DNA from: Candidatus Woesearchaeota archaeon CG_4_10_14_0_2_um_filter_33_13 | GTDB lineage: Archaea > Nanobdellota > Nanobdellia > Woesearchaeales > GW2011-AR9 | Length of the DNA stretch: 64,000 nt | Direction: 5' to 3' | NCBI GenBank assembly: GCA_002792115.1 | Contig: PFNQ01000013.1 | Coordinates: 7,236-71,235, forward strand | Shown: piece by piece, positions 10,359-20,356 of the stretch | Layout: each line of letters opens with the position of its first letter | Numbering within the stretch: the stretch's first letter is position 1 | Program-made: the position numbers and the translations under genes | The notes under the pieces: model-generated | The model's database searches: none | What the model saw: the letters and a program-made list of their open reading frames with translations, nothing else | Told to the model about the DNA's origin: nothing

Positions 10359-11856
10359 TACTGATGTGGTGTTAATTAACCTCAATGGACCATTACATAT
10401 GACTTCTAATTATTTGCATGCTCTATTGAAACGTGAGGGAATTTTAGTTAAAACTATTCACTTTAGAGAATATGAGCCTCGGAGCGAACCTCCTACAAAT
10501 AATGAATTAGAAATACTCTCAAATTTGATTAAAGAGATTAATCCTAAAATAATTAACATTTCTGTAAATTCAATGAATTACTTTGATGCTAAGGATATTA
10601 CTGAAAAAATAAGAGGGGAACTTGGCATCCCTTTTATTTGGGGGGGCCCCCATACCCTTGTAATGCCTGAAGAAAGTATTAAAATCGCAGATTTCATTTG
10701 TCGTGGTGAGGGCGATGTTTATTTCCCAGAACTAATTAAGAAATTTATTGCAGGTGAGGATTGCAGTAAAGTTCCGAACATTTGGATTAAGAGGGGCCTA
10801 GAAGTAATAAAAAACGAATTTGGGCCTCTAGTTAAAGATTTGGACATGCTTCCATTTCCGGATTACTCTGATGTGGATAAATATTATCTGATTGATTCTC
10901 GGATAAGCACAAAGTATGAAATTCCTTCTAGAAAGTATGTTTATCAACTAATGACTTCTCGAGGGTGTCCTTTCAGGTGTAGTTATTGTATGAATTCTCT
11001 TATATTTAACTTATTCCATAACAAATTTCTTCGTAAACGGGGAGTTAATTCAGTAATAGAAGAGTTAGTCCAAGTAAAAAAGATGCATCCAAAATTAAAA
11101 ACAATTTATTTTTGGGATGACGTGTTTGTAATGGATCTTCCTTGGTTAAAAGAATTTGCCAAAGTATATAAAGAAAAGATTAATATCCCATTTTTTTGCT
11201 ATTGCCACCCAATGTTTGTAAAAGATGAAACAATTAAAATTCTTAAATGGATGGGTGTTAAGATGATCTTTATTGGGATTGAGAGTGGTTCTCCGCGGGT
11301 TAGAAGAGAAATTTACGATCGTCACGAAACTAACGACAAAATAATTGAAGCAGCAACAATTATTAACAAACATAAAATTAAGGTTCATTATGACATCATC
11401 ACTTCAAAATTTGACACTCTAAAGGACTTTGACGTTGCATTACATCTGTTACTAAACTTGCCTAAACCGTTTCATATAAATCATAATAATTTGGCATATT
11501 ATCCGGGATTTAAAATTACGAATTTGGCCCTCCAAGAAAAAATAATATCAAAGCAGGAAGTTGCGGGGTATTCAAGAAAGATTAGAACACAATATGCAAC
11601 AAAAAATGAATTTGAGAATAATCCTGAATTGGCATATTATTACCTCATTGGGAGAAAATTCATCCCCAACCAGTTTATTTTTTGGTTGTACTCACATGAA
11701 TCTCATCTCAAACATAAGAGTTTATTTGGCCATATCCCTTCTTTGTTTGAAAGCTTTGATAATAATTTACATGCTCTAAATTTGATGTTTAAGCTGTTGT
11801 CATATGGGGAATTTAAATTTGTATTTTTTGAACTTAAGAAACGATTCTTTAAGTGA
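10345..11856 (+). CDS. B12-binding-domain radical SAM protein (class B rSAM)
   Basis: CPFRCSYCMNS CxxxCxxC cluster after N-terminal B12-binding-like domain. Confidence 0.7.
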   Translation: MKNYNTDVVLINLNGPLHMTSNYLHALLKREGILVKTIHFREYEPRSEPPTNNELEILSNLIKEINPKIINISVNSMNYFDAKDITEKIRGELGIPFIWGGPHTLVMPEESIKIADFICRGEGDVYFPELIKKFIAGEDCSKVPNIWIKRGLEVIKNEFGPLVKDLDMLPFPDYSDVDKYYLIDSRISTKYEIPSRKYVYQLMTSRGCPFRCSYCMNSLIFNLFHNKFLRKRGVNSVIEELVQVKKMHPKLKTIYFWDDVFVMDLPWLKEFAKVYKEKINIPFFCYCHPMFVKDETIKILKWMGVKMIFIGIESGSPRVRREIYDRHETNDKIIEAATIINKHKIKVHYDIITSKFDTLKDFDVALHLLLNLPKPFHINHNNLAYYPGFKITNLALQEKIISKQEVAGYSRKIRTQYATKNEFENNPELAYYYLIGRKFIPNQFIFWLYSHESHLKHKSLFGHIPSLFESFDNNLHALNLMFKLLSYGEFKFVFFELKKRFFK

Positions 11857-11877
11857 GATACTTTAACATCTGTAAAA

Positions 11878-13500
11878 TTGTCAGAGATTCACAAACTTTA
11901 TATAAGCCCAGTTACACAGAATTTGTGGTGTACCCAAGTGATTCCTGATAACAAATATGTATTAGTTTTAAATTTAGGATTGAGGAGTATTAGAGCAATT
12001 GTTTTTGATCATACTGGTAAAAAGTTAACACATAGCTGGCTACCAGTAAGAACTTTTATTAAGGATGAGATGGTTGAACAAGATCCAAATGAGTGGTGGT
12101 CACTTGCCTTACGTGTAATTGACGAAGCTACTACTAGCCAAGAAATAAAAGATAATTTGGAATATATTACTGTTACAAGTTCATCTTGTAATCTGGTTCT
12201 TGTTGATGAAGATAAAAACTCGTTGGGTAATTCTTTAATGGTTTCTGACAAAAGGTCTTTAATACAGGCACAACAACTTTTTGAACATGAACCAATAAAA
12301 TATTTGTTTGATACACATAATATTCTTCCAGTTTCAAGTTTCTTAGCTCCAAAAATTCTTTGGATAAAAGATAAAGATCCAAATCGATTTTATCATACAA
12401 AACATTTTATTAGCTCTGATTCTTACCTTTTGATGAAACTAACTAATGGGATTATTGTTTCTGACCCTCTTAATGCTGAAAAAGCATTTTATTACATGCC
12501 TGAGAATAAATACCCTGCTCCATTATTAGAATATTTAGGTCTAACTGAAAAAAACTTTCCTCAAGTTAAGAATGTTGGAACAATTATTGGTAAAATTTCT
12601 CCTGAACTAAAAACTTTGTTTGCTTTTAACCAAAACGTTAGTGTGGTTCTTACAACTTATGATGCATTAGCTTCATTCTGGGGTTCGGGAGCACTAGAAG
12701 AAGGAGAAGCATGCATTGTTTGTGGAACGTGTTCTTCCATTAGAGTTTACTCTAAAGAAGGGCTAAAACAAAAAACTGCTGGATTATTATCTCAATATTT
12801 TGAAAATAAAAATGCTCATGTTGTTGGTGGATCAAATAATCTTGCAGGCGGTCTTTTAGAATGGGCTAAGGACGCATTTTATCAGGATGTTTATTCAGAT
12901 AATAATGACTATATCTTTGGTTTGATGGAGCAAGAAGCTAACACTAGTACTCTTGGAGCAAAAGGATTAATCTTTCTGCCATATCTTATTGGAGAAAGAA
13001 CCCCCTTCTTTGATTCTGAGGTTAGAGGTATGTTCTTTGGATTAGAAAGATCCCATAATAGAAAAGATATTATCAGATCAATCTACGAAGCCATTGGGTT
13101 TTTATCTTGGGATATTATCACATCTATGGAAAGAGGTGGGGTGTTAGTCAGAAATCTTCGCCTTTCTGGCGGCTTAGGAAAAAATGAGTTAATTTGTCAG
13201 ATTAAGGCTGATATTACTGGGAAAGAAGTTCATCTTTTGGATGAGGTTGAAACAACTGCTCTCGGATGTTTTATGCTTATTGCTTCTGCTTTAGGGGGTA
13301 ATGAAACACAGAAAGTTTTTCCCACAAATCTCTCTATCAGTAAAAGGTTCATTCCTAATTTAGATAACCATATCAAATATCAACAACTCTATCACCTTTT
13401 CAAAAAATTATACAAAGACAATAAAGAAAATTTTAAGTACAGAAATGAATTACTCAAAACAATTAATGAAAAGAGGAAATACGAAGTAAAAAACTTATAG
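11878..13500 (+). CDS. FGGY-family carbohydrate (pentulose/polyol) kinase
   Basis: FGGY N-terminal LVLNLGLRSIRAIVFD and C-terminal GGLGKNELICQIKADITG motifs. Confidence 0.6.
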   Translation: MSEIHKLYISPVTQNLWCTQVIPDNKYVLVLNLGLRSIRAIVFDHTGKKLTHSWLPVRTFIKDEMVEQDPNEWWSLALRVIDEATTSQEIKDNLEYITVTSSSCNLVLVDEDKNSLGNSLMVSDKRSLIQAQQLFEHEPIKYLFDTHNILPVSSFLAPKILWIKDKDPNRFYHTKHFISSDSYLLMKLTNGIIVSDPLNAEKAFYYMPENKYPAPLLEYLGLTEKNFPQVKNVGTIIGKISPELKTLFAFNQNVSVVLTTYDALASFWGSGALEEGEACIVCGTCSSIRVYSKEGLKQKTAGLLSQYFENKNAHVVGGSNNLAGGLLEWAKDAFYQDVYSDNNDYIFGLMEQEANTSTLGAKGLIFLPYLIGERTPFFDSEVRGMFFGLERSHNRKDIIRSIYEAIGFLSWDIITSMERGGVLVRNLRLSGGLGKNELICQIKADITGKEVHLLDEVETTALGCFMLIASALGGNETQKVFPTNLSISKRFIPNLDNHIKYQQLYHLFKKLYKDNKENFKYRNELLKTINEKRKYEVKNL

Positions 13501-13504
13501 AAAA

Positions 13505-14221
13505 ATGAAAGTATTAATCCCCCTCGCAGGACGTGGCTCACGCTTTATTGAAGCAGGTTATACCCTGCCAAAACCATTGGTTCTTATTATTAAAGAACCA
13601 ATGATTCGATGGGCAACTAAAAACCTTAACATTGAGGATAAAGATTTGATTTTTTTCATTCTCAAGATCCATATCGATAATTATCAATTAGATCAGAAAT
13701 TAAGAGAAATATTCTCCGCTAATATCAAAATTGTTGTTGTGGATAAAATTACCGAAGGGGCTCCAATAACTCTTCTTCAGGCAAAAGACATTATCGATAC
13801 CGAAGAAGAACTTTTAATATTTAATGGAGACCAGAACTTCAAAGAAAACATTATAGAAATGATTCGTAATCTTCCATTAAAGTATTCTGGGTTAATACCT
13901 GTGTTTCATTCAACACAAACAAAATTTAGTTACGCTCAAGTTGATAAGGGTATGGATGTTATAGAAGTGGCAGAAAAGATTCCAATTTCTAGTTATGCAA
14001 CTGCAGGAGTTTACTATTTCCGCCATGGAAAAGATTTTGTGTGGGCCACAGAACAAATGATATCTAAAGATATTAGAAGAGGGAATGAATTCTTTGTTTG
14101 TCCAGTATACAATGAATTGCTTGGACGCGGGGACAAAATAAAAGCCACCTTAATTGAAACTTTCTGGCCTTTAGGAACACCAGAAGATGTAGAACACTTT
14201 AAAAGGTATTATCATCCTTGA
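13505..14221 (+). CDS. Sugar-/alditol-phosphate nucleotidyltransferase (LicC/NTP_transferase-like), paralog 1
   Basis: MKVLIPLAGRGSRF...PKPLV N-term; paralog of 15478..16197 (shared ...CPVYNELL..G.KI...WPLGTPEDV...). Confidence 0.6.
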   Translation: MKVLIPLAGRGSRFIEAGYTLPKPLVLIIKEPMIRWATKNLNIEDKDLIFFILKIHIDNYQLDQKLREIFSANIKIVVVDKITEGAPITLLQAKDIIDTEEELLIFNGDQNFKENIIEMIRNLPLKYSGLIPVFHSTQTKFSYAQVDKGMDVIEVAEKIPISSYATAGVYYFRHGKDFVWATEQMISKDIRRGNEFFVCPVYNELLGRGDKIKATLIETFWPLGTPEDVEHFKRYYHP

Positions 14222-15047
14222 TGTGTTTATATAATTGTTTTAATTTATTGGGATAGTCAGTACAGATTCCATCAACATTCAATCTAATGAGGCGTTCCCA
14301 TACTTCTTCAAATCCTTCTTTTGATAGTGGGTGCTTAGGAATAGTATCTTTATGCAGTTCTGGTGAGATTGCGTAGACTAATTTGCCGTCATTATGGCAT
14401 TTATCAATAAACTCTTTGTTATATAATCCATGAACCCATTCATCTGCCCAGACAATTTCCCAACAATTCTCTTTAATGGCCTCTTGGTAGTTGTAGATTG
14501 TTGGATATCTTTTGTCCGGAAAGAGTATATTCTCTCCAATCGATAAAGATAGTTTAAGCTTAGGTTGGAGTTTTTGAAACTTTTTAGCAGAACTAATCAA
14601 AATGTCAAACACAAAAACACGTTTATAAATGTTAAAATCTGGAAAATCTTTTTCAAACTGGTCTAGTTCCTTAACTATCAATATTTCAATATCCTTTTCG
14701 GAACAATCTTTAACTTGAATTGCCAATTCAACCACAGGTAAGGATTTTGCTCTAAACAATTCTAATGTTTCTCTCAAGGAAGGAATTTTTCCAGTGTTAT
14801 TTACTCCAGTTGCTTTTATATAATTAATGCCAATTTTCTGAAGAGAATCAAAATTTATGTTAGTTATTTCTTTATCAATACTTGCTAGGCGTTTAAGATT
14901 AGAATCATGGATGACCACTAGTTTGCCATCTTTGGTACGGTGGATGTCAATCTCTAGACCAAACCCTTGTTCTAGGGCGTGTGTAAAAGATAAAATCGTA
15001 TTCTCTGGATAATTAAGCATTAATCCGCGATGAGCAAAAATTTTCAT
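14199..15047 (-). CDS. Glycerophosphodiester phosphodiesterase (GDPD family)
   Basis: FAHRG...ENT...E.D.H.TKDGKLVVIHD catalytic motif. Confidence 0.8.
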   Translation of the reverse strand: MKIFAHRGLMLNYPENTILSFTHALEQGFGLEIDIHRTKDGKLVVIHDSNLKRLASIDKEITNINFDSLQKIGINYIKATGVNNTGKIPSLRETLELFRAKSLPVVELAIQVKDCSEKDIEILIVKELDQFEKDFPDFNIYKRVFVFDILISSAKKFQKLQPKLKLSLSIGENILFPDKRYPTIYNYQEAIKENCWEIVWADEWVHGLYNKEFIDKCHNDGKLVYAISPELHKDTIPKHPLSKEGFEEVWERLIRLNVDGICTDYPNKLKQLYKHIKDDNTF

Positions 15048-15151
15048 ACTACTCTCCTTATAACTGTTTTTTATATTTTTTTCGCAAGAGATATAACTTT
15101 AGGTCGCTTTTTTTCATAATTATTATAAATAAAAAGCGTAACCTTTGTTCC

Positions 15152-15481
15152 ATGGAAAGGCAAGATTTTAAGGAAATGACTAAAGGGTGGTTTGTTGGAG
15201 ATTTTGAGCCAAGTGCATTAAAGACAGATAAAGCGGAAGTAGCGGTTAAAAGATATAAAAAGGATGATTTTGAAGAAAAACATCATCATAAAGTTGCTAC
15301 GGAAATAACTTTAATTATCTCTGGAAAAGTTGAGATGAATAATCAGTGTTATCAAACCAATGATATTATTATAATTCTTCCTGGAGAAAGTACTAACTTT
15401 AAAGTTCTTGAAGACACTATTACCGTGGTCGTAAAAGTTCCATGTGTGAAAGGAGATAAATATTTAGGTGATGCAAAATGA
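15152..15481 (+). CDS. Small cupin-fold protein
   Basis: 109 aa, beta-barrel-like pattern with HHH cluster; overlaps next start (ATGA). Confidence 0.35.
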   Translation: MERQDFKEMTKGWFVGDFEPSALKTDKAEVAVKRYKKDDFEEKHHHKVATEITLIISGKVEMNNQCYQTNDIIIILPGESTNFKVLEDTITVVVKVPCVKGDKYLGDAK

Positions 15482-16197
15482 AAATTGTTATGCCCATTGC
15501 GGGATTAGGTTCAAGATTTACTAAGGTGGGGATTGATACTCCAAAACCATTAATCAGTATTCTTAACAACCATATGGCAAAATGGTCTGCTAAATCCATT
15601 CCTTTTGCTAAACCGGAAGACTTTATTTTTATTCTCAGAAAAGAACATGTTAAATCTCATAATCTTGACAAGGAAATGCGGAAATTATTCCCCGAATGTA
15701 AAATCATTGAAATTGATTATGTTACTCAGGGAGCTGCATGTACTGTACTTTTAGCTAAAGAATTTATTAACAACGATGAACAACTAATAGTTACGGATTG
15801 TGACCATTTCTTTAGGAACACCCATTACAACTTTTTAGTAACTAGCAAGATTGATGACCTTAAAGGAATAATCCCTGTTTTTAAGGCTGATGGTGAGAAA
15901 TGGAGCTTTACAAAGTTTGATGAGAATAATGTAGTTTTACAAGTAGCAGAAAAGAAAAGGATTTCAGACTATGCTAATATTGGGGCGTACTATTTTCGAT
16001 ACGGGAAAGATTTCGTATGGGCTGCTGAAAAGATGATCAAAGAGAATAAACGGGTGAATAATGAATTTTATGTTGCTCCAGTTTATAATGAGTTGTTAGA
16101 AAGTGGCGCTAAGATTATGGCTGCCGTTTGTGACGAAGTATGGGGTTTGGGCACCCCAGAGGATGTTAAAATATTTGAAGAAAAGTTTATAAATTAA
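15478..16197 (+). CDS. Sugar-/alditol-phosphate nucleotidyltransferase, paralog 2
   Basis: MKIVMPIAGLGSRF...PKPLI; clear paralog of 13505..14221. Confidence 0.6.
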   Translation: MKIVMPIAGLGSRFTKVGIDTPKPLISILNNHMAKWSAKSIPFAKPEDFIFILRKEHVKSHNLDKEMRKLFPECKIIEIDYVTQGAACTVLLAKEFINNDEQLIVTDCDHFFRNTHYNFLVTSKIDDLKGIIPVFKADGEKWSFTKFDENNVVLQVAEKKRISDYANIGAYYFRYGKDFVWAAEKMIKENKRVNNEFYVAPVYNELLESGAKIMAAVCDEVWGLGTPEDVKIFEEKFIN

Positions 16198-16793
16198 ATA
16201 GTAACAATTTTGGAAGTATGGTCTTTCGGATTGATTAAAACAGCATAAACCTCTTCATTAGAAGGATTATAAGCTATTATTTCTGGTTCAGAACAGTTTT
16301 CAAAATACCTTTTTGTATTACGCATTACTCCCAAATGTGAAATCACTAAAATTACATCTTTTTTGTTTCCTTTGATTAACTTCTTCAAGAAATTAGCAAC
16401 GCGGGGATAAATAATGGCATAACTTTCTCCAGCTAATCCTTCATACTCTCCGGGATGAACAAAATTATATTTGTCCTTGTTTCTTGTTTGCCAAAGATTA
16501 TCTGCCTTTAACAAAGATTTTTTATGACCTTCCCATGAACCATAACACATCTCTTTCAAATTATTAATAATTGTAACTGGAATGTTGGATTCTTTTGCAA
16601 TGACTTTCGTCGTCTCTATACACCGAGTAGCAGGACTAGAGAAGATTTGGATTACATTTATGGTCTTAGCTAGTTTTGCTAGTTTTTTTGCTTGTTCTAT
16701 TCCTTTTTTTGTTAATGGAGAATCTGATATCCCTTGTAATCTACCTTCACAATTATATTCAGTTTCTCCATGCCGTGCAAAAACAATTAACAT
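16194..16793 (-). CDS. Histidine phosphatase family protein (PGM-like)
   Basis: N-terminal FARHGETEYN RHG motif. Confidence 0.8.
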   Translation of the reverse strand: MLIVFARHGETEYNCEGRLQGISDSPLTKKGIEQAKKLAKLAKTINVIQIFSSPATRCIETTKVIAKESNIPVTIINNLKEMCYGSWEGHKKSLLKADNLWQTRNKDKYNFVHPGEYEGLAGESYAIIYPRVANFLKKLIKGNKKDVILVISHLGVMRNTKRYFENCSEPEIIAYNPSNEEVYAVLINPKDHTSKIVTI

Positions 16794-16865
16794 GTTTATC
16801 TTTTGGAAGGGGTTATTTATAAATTAATTGATATATCTAAGTATTATTTTATACTACTAAATAAA

Positions 16866-18146
16866 TTAATTCTTTTTTTTAAGTGCGTAATAAAAGTAAA
16901 CTATCCCCAAACTAGTACTTAACAAAGTAGCCAATACTGCTCCGGTGATATAATATTTTGGTATCAGGATAACATTGAAGAGTATGTTACTTGCTGTTTG
17001 TAATATCATCCCATAAAAATAGTTCTTTGTTTTTCTTAAGCTTGTTGCAGTGAGTAATGACATATAAACCATGTTTATTGAAAGTAATGTTGATGCTAGG
17101 CAGAAGATGATCCATGAATTAATTAAAAAGGGGTAATCATATATTTTAACAACAATAATGTATGTGATTGGCAGGAGCACCATAAAAGCAAGAGGGGTAG
17201 AAAATAGCAATAGCTTGTTTATTTTCTTAAAAGCAGATCCTTTTTCTTTAAACTGGGTTATTGTTGGGAATAAAACATTAATGAACACACCCGTGATGGT
17301 TGCAATAATTATAGTTGAAGCTAAGAAATAAGCTTGATACATCCCCACACTTTCAGTTCCGTAAAAATAATTTAACATTATCTTGTCAACGTTGGCCAAA
17401 ACTATTCCAGAAACTGAAGCAAAAATAATAAATTGATTATATTGACTAATTTTATTAAATACTTTCTGATTAAAGGTGATCTTTATTTTAGGGATAATGT
17501 ATTTAGTAGTCAAAAAGAAACTAATGATATGTATACTAAATAATGGAAGCAAGATCAAATAAATGCCTCTCCCTGTGAAATATAAATACACAAATGTAAT
17601 AAACAATACACTATGTGATATTATTTGTATTGTAGACAACTCTTTGAACTTTAACAATGTTTTGAGAAAGTTATCAGAATAACTAGATAATGCGACTAGT
17701 AATGCGTAAAAAATACTCAAAATAATTGTACTTATTTCTACTTTAAAAACAATGCTTAACAAACCTTTTATCAAAAATAAAATTATTCCAGAGAAAATAA
17801 AAATTACAAAGTAGGAAATGGTTATTGTTGAGAGTAATTCTGTCTTTTTAACTTGGCTTTCTTCTTCTTGATAAAATTTAGTTAAGGCATTTCCCCCAGA
17901 AAAGATAATTATTGGTAGGCATAATATTGTTCCAATAGATATAATCAAGTTAACTTTACCATATATTGCTGGACCCAAAACTCTGCCACCAATTGTTTGG
18001 ACCATAAATAGTAATCCTTTGGCAAAAAGTGTTGCCAGTAAAACAAGGCCAACATTCTTAAGAAAAGCTTTCTCGCCAGAGCTAATCTCATTATTAAATA
18101 TTTTCTGGTGCAATTTATATATTAAGTTAAGTAATAATCTTTTCAT
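16866..18146 (-). CDS. Polysaccharide/oligosaccharide flippase (Wzx/MOP-like, multi-TM)
   Basis: 426 aa, roughly 12 hydrophobic helices, adjacent to GTs. Confidence 0.55.
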   Translation of the reverse strand: MKRLLLNLIYKLHQKIFNNEISSGEKAFLKNVGLVLLATLFAKGLLFMVQTIGGRVLGPAIYGKVNLIISIGTILCLPIIIFSGGNALTKFYQEEESQVKKTELLSTITISYFVIFIFSGIILFLIKGLLSIVFKVEISTIILSIFYALLVALSSYSDNFLKTLLKFKELSTIQIISHSVLFITFVYLYFTGRGIYLILLPLFSIHIISFFLTTKYIIPKIKITFNQKVFNKISQYNQFIIFASVSGIVLANVDKIMLNYFYGTESVGMYQAYFLASTIIIATITGVFINVLFPTITQFKEKGSAFKKINKLLLFSTPLAFMVLLPITYIIVVKIYDYPFLINSWIIFCLASTLLSINMVYMSLLTATSLRKTKNYFYGMILQTASNILFNVILIPKYYITGAVLATLLSTSLGIVYFYYALKKKN

Positions 18147-18147
18147 T

Positions 18148-19290
18148 TTAACTCAATCTTTTATAAAATTCTAACGTTCTTTTCCAGCTAAATCTATTTT
18201 TGATACGTTCTTTAATTATTTTTGATGATTTTCTGAACAAATAATTATCTTTAATAAATTGTTTAATTCTAATCTTTATCACTTCTGGTTGATTTGGAGT
18301 AATTAAGTTAATGGTGTTTCCTTCCCCAACAATTTCTTTAGTTCCCCCCACATTCGTAGCAATAATCGGCAGACCCATAGCAGCAGCTTCTAACACAGAA
18401 GTGGGCATCCCTTCAGAGTAAGAAGGGTTGACAAAAATGTCAGTTATTGAAAGCGATTCTATTACTCCTTTTTGATCTTTGTTACCAACAAAAAGCGCAT
18501 TGACTCTTTGTTCTTTAGCTAAGTTCTCTAATTCTTTGCGATAAGGACCATCTCCAACAATCAAAAGAGTTACACCAGAAATACCTTTACAAGCTAAAAT
18601 TAGATCCTGTACTCCTTTAGCATAAATTAATCGTCCAACAAAAGTAATTATTTTGTTTTCTTTTGGAATTCCTAATTTCTGTCTTAAATCTGTTTTAACT
18701 TTTTTGTATTTTGTAACATCAATAGAATTAGGGATGTAAACCACTTTTTTTGGATTTGCTCCCATTTTAATGGCAAAATCACAGCAAGGTTTACTTATGC
18801 CAATAACTTTCCACGCCGATTTAAAGATTAACCTTCCTAAACTTTGATCATAAATCCACGCAATTAATTGTATTAATTTGTTATCATGTTTTACAAAAAC
18901 ATTACCATGTTCCGTATGTATTAGTTTAATTTTATTTTTCTTAGCAAACCACCATCCTAACAGTGTGCTTAAAAAGAACCTTGTTTGTGTGTTAATATAA
19001 TCATATTTCTGATCACCTAATTCTTTTAACATTCTTTTTGTTTGCTTGTTCCATCTAGGAATAGAATAAGTCTTCCCTAAAACACTTTTTGATGGAATGC
19101 GGTATATGTTAATGCCTTGATAGTTCTCATAAGAAGGAAGCCTACCATAATTAAAAGTTAGGACATCGGCTTGTATGCCCCTTTTAATAAGACCCGTGCT
19201 TAGATTTAGGACATAATTTTCTAATCCTCCAGCATAAGGATAAAAATTAGTGGTAAAGAACAGTATCTTCATTTTTCTCTCTTTTCTCAC
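18148..19290 (-). CDS. Glycosyltransferase, GT4 family
   Basis: Canonical EGMPTSVLEAAAMGLPIIATNVGGTKEIV motif. Confidence 0.85.
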   Translation of the reverse strand: MRKERKMKILFFTTNFYPYAGGLENYVLNLSTGLIKRGIQADVLTFNYGRLPSYENYQGINIYRIPSKSVLGKTYSIPRWNKQTKRMLKELGDQKYDYINTQTRFFLSTLLGWWFAKKNKIKLIHTEHGNVFVKHDNKLIQLIAWIYDQSLGRLIFKSAWKVIGISKPCCDFAIKMGANPKKVVYIPNSIDVTKYKKVKTDLRQKLGIPKENKIITFVGRLIYAKGVQDLILACKGISGVTLLIVGDGPYRKELENLAKEQRVNALFVGNKDQKGVIESLSITDIFVNPSYSEGMPTSVLEAAAMGLPIIATNVGGTKEIVGEGNTINLITPNQPEVIKIRIKQFIKDNYLFRKSSKIIKERIKNRFSWKRTLEFYKRLS

Positions 19291-19613
19291 TTTTTCTCTA
19301 AAGCAATTTTTCTAACCATATCTTCCATCTTTAGTTGTAATCTTTTAATATTTGTATAATTATAAAAAGATAGGGCAATCAAGAAAAGTATTCCTAACAC
19401 CGTCAATAAATCAATCGGACGAGACAAAGACATTTTCCTGATGAAATAGTCCAATGTGTATGAGAATAGAGTTAAAAGCATAAAACTTATCCAAACCAAA
19501 AACCACCCGATCATTTCCTTAACAGTAAATTCGTTTTTTCTAAATTTTAAGTACGTAACGTAAAGCATAAAGACACCAAATAAAATTCCTACAATTTGAA
19601 TTGTCGATACCAT
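19287..19613 (-). CDS. Small 3-TM membrane protein (DUF2304-like, GT2-associated)
   Basis: 108 aa hydrophobic; overlaps GT4 stop and precedes GT2, typical DUF2304 arrangement. Confidence 0.4.
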   Translation of the reverse strand: MVSTIQIVGILFGVFMLYVTYLKFRKNEFTVKEMIGWFLVWISFMLLTLFSYTLDYFIRKMSLSRPIDLLTVLGILFLIALSFYNYTNIKRLQLKMEDMVRKIALEKK

Positions 19614-19614
19614 C

Positions 19615-20271
19615 TTATCTTCTTAACCTCCACACCAGCATATTAAAAGCAATTGTTATTCCATCTAAGAAGGTTGTACCTTTATAATTGTCATGGTATA
19701 TCGTTTGAATGGGGATTTGGGTATATTTCAACTTTGATCTACCAAGATTGGCAATCATTTCTGTTTCTACAGAATAATCACTGGATTGCCATCTGATTAA
19801 CTTATAAGTGTGATCAGTAAATGCCCTGTACCCAGATTGTGTGTCATCTAATTTAATTTTAAACAACAATCTTGTCCAGATATTAAGAAACCAGTTGCCA
19901 AATTTTAATATTAATGGCATGTTTTTTGATCTTTTTCTAACACCAAAAACAAGGTCATAAGTTTCTAAGAGTTTGACGAATGTAGGGATCTCTGCGGGGT
20001 CATGTTGCCCATCAGAGTCCATGACAATAATCTTTTTAGCCCCACACTTTATTGCATAATCACAGCCAGTTTTTAAAGCAGAACCTTTGCCTAAGTTAAT
20101 GATATGTTGTAAAGAATGGACATTTGGAATGGTTTTGATTAATCTGGAAGTATTATCTGTGCTTCCATCATCAATTACAATAATATTTTGGGCATATTTC
20201 TTTGTTTCTTCTAAAGTAAAAACTATCCTTCTTTCTTCATTATAAGCAGGAATAACAATCCATTCATTCAT
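19615..20271 (-). CDS. Dolichyl-phosphate hexose synthase-like glycosyltransferase, GT2
   Basis: IVIPAYNEERRI ... IIVIDDGSTDNT ... DSDGQH GT2 motifs; 218 aa soluble DPM/DPG-synthase type. Confidence 0.8.
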   Translation of the reverse strand: MNEWIVIPAYNEERRIVFTLEETKKYAQNIIVIDDGSTDNTSRLIKTIPNVHSLQHIINLGKGSALKTGCDYAIKCGAKKIIVMDSDGQHDPAEIPTFVKLLETYDLVFGVRKRSKNMPLILKFGNWFLNIWTRLLFKIKLDDTQSGYRAFTDHTYKLIRWQSSDYSVETEMIANLGRSKLKYTQIPIQTIYHDNYKGTTFLDGITIAFNMLVWRLRR

Positions 20272-20356
20272 AGATCATAACTCAAAATATTGCTTTATAA
20301 AGATTATGAACTATAAAACCTCTCTGAAGTAAGAAGATAATAAAAAATAACGTTTC

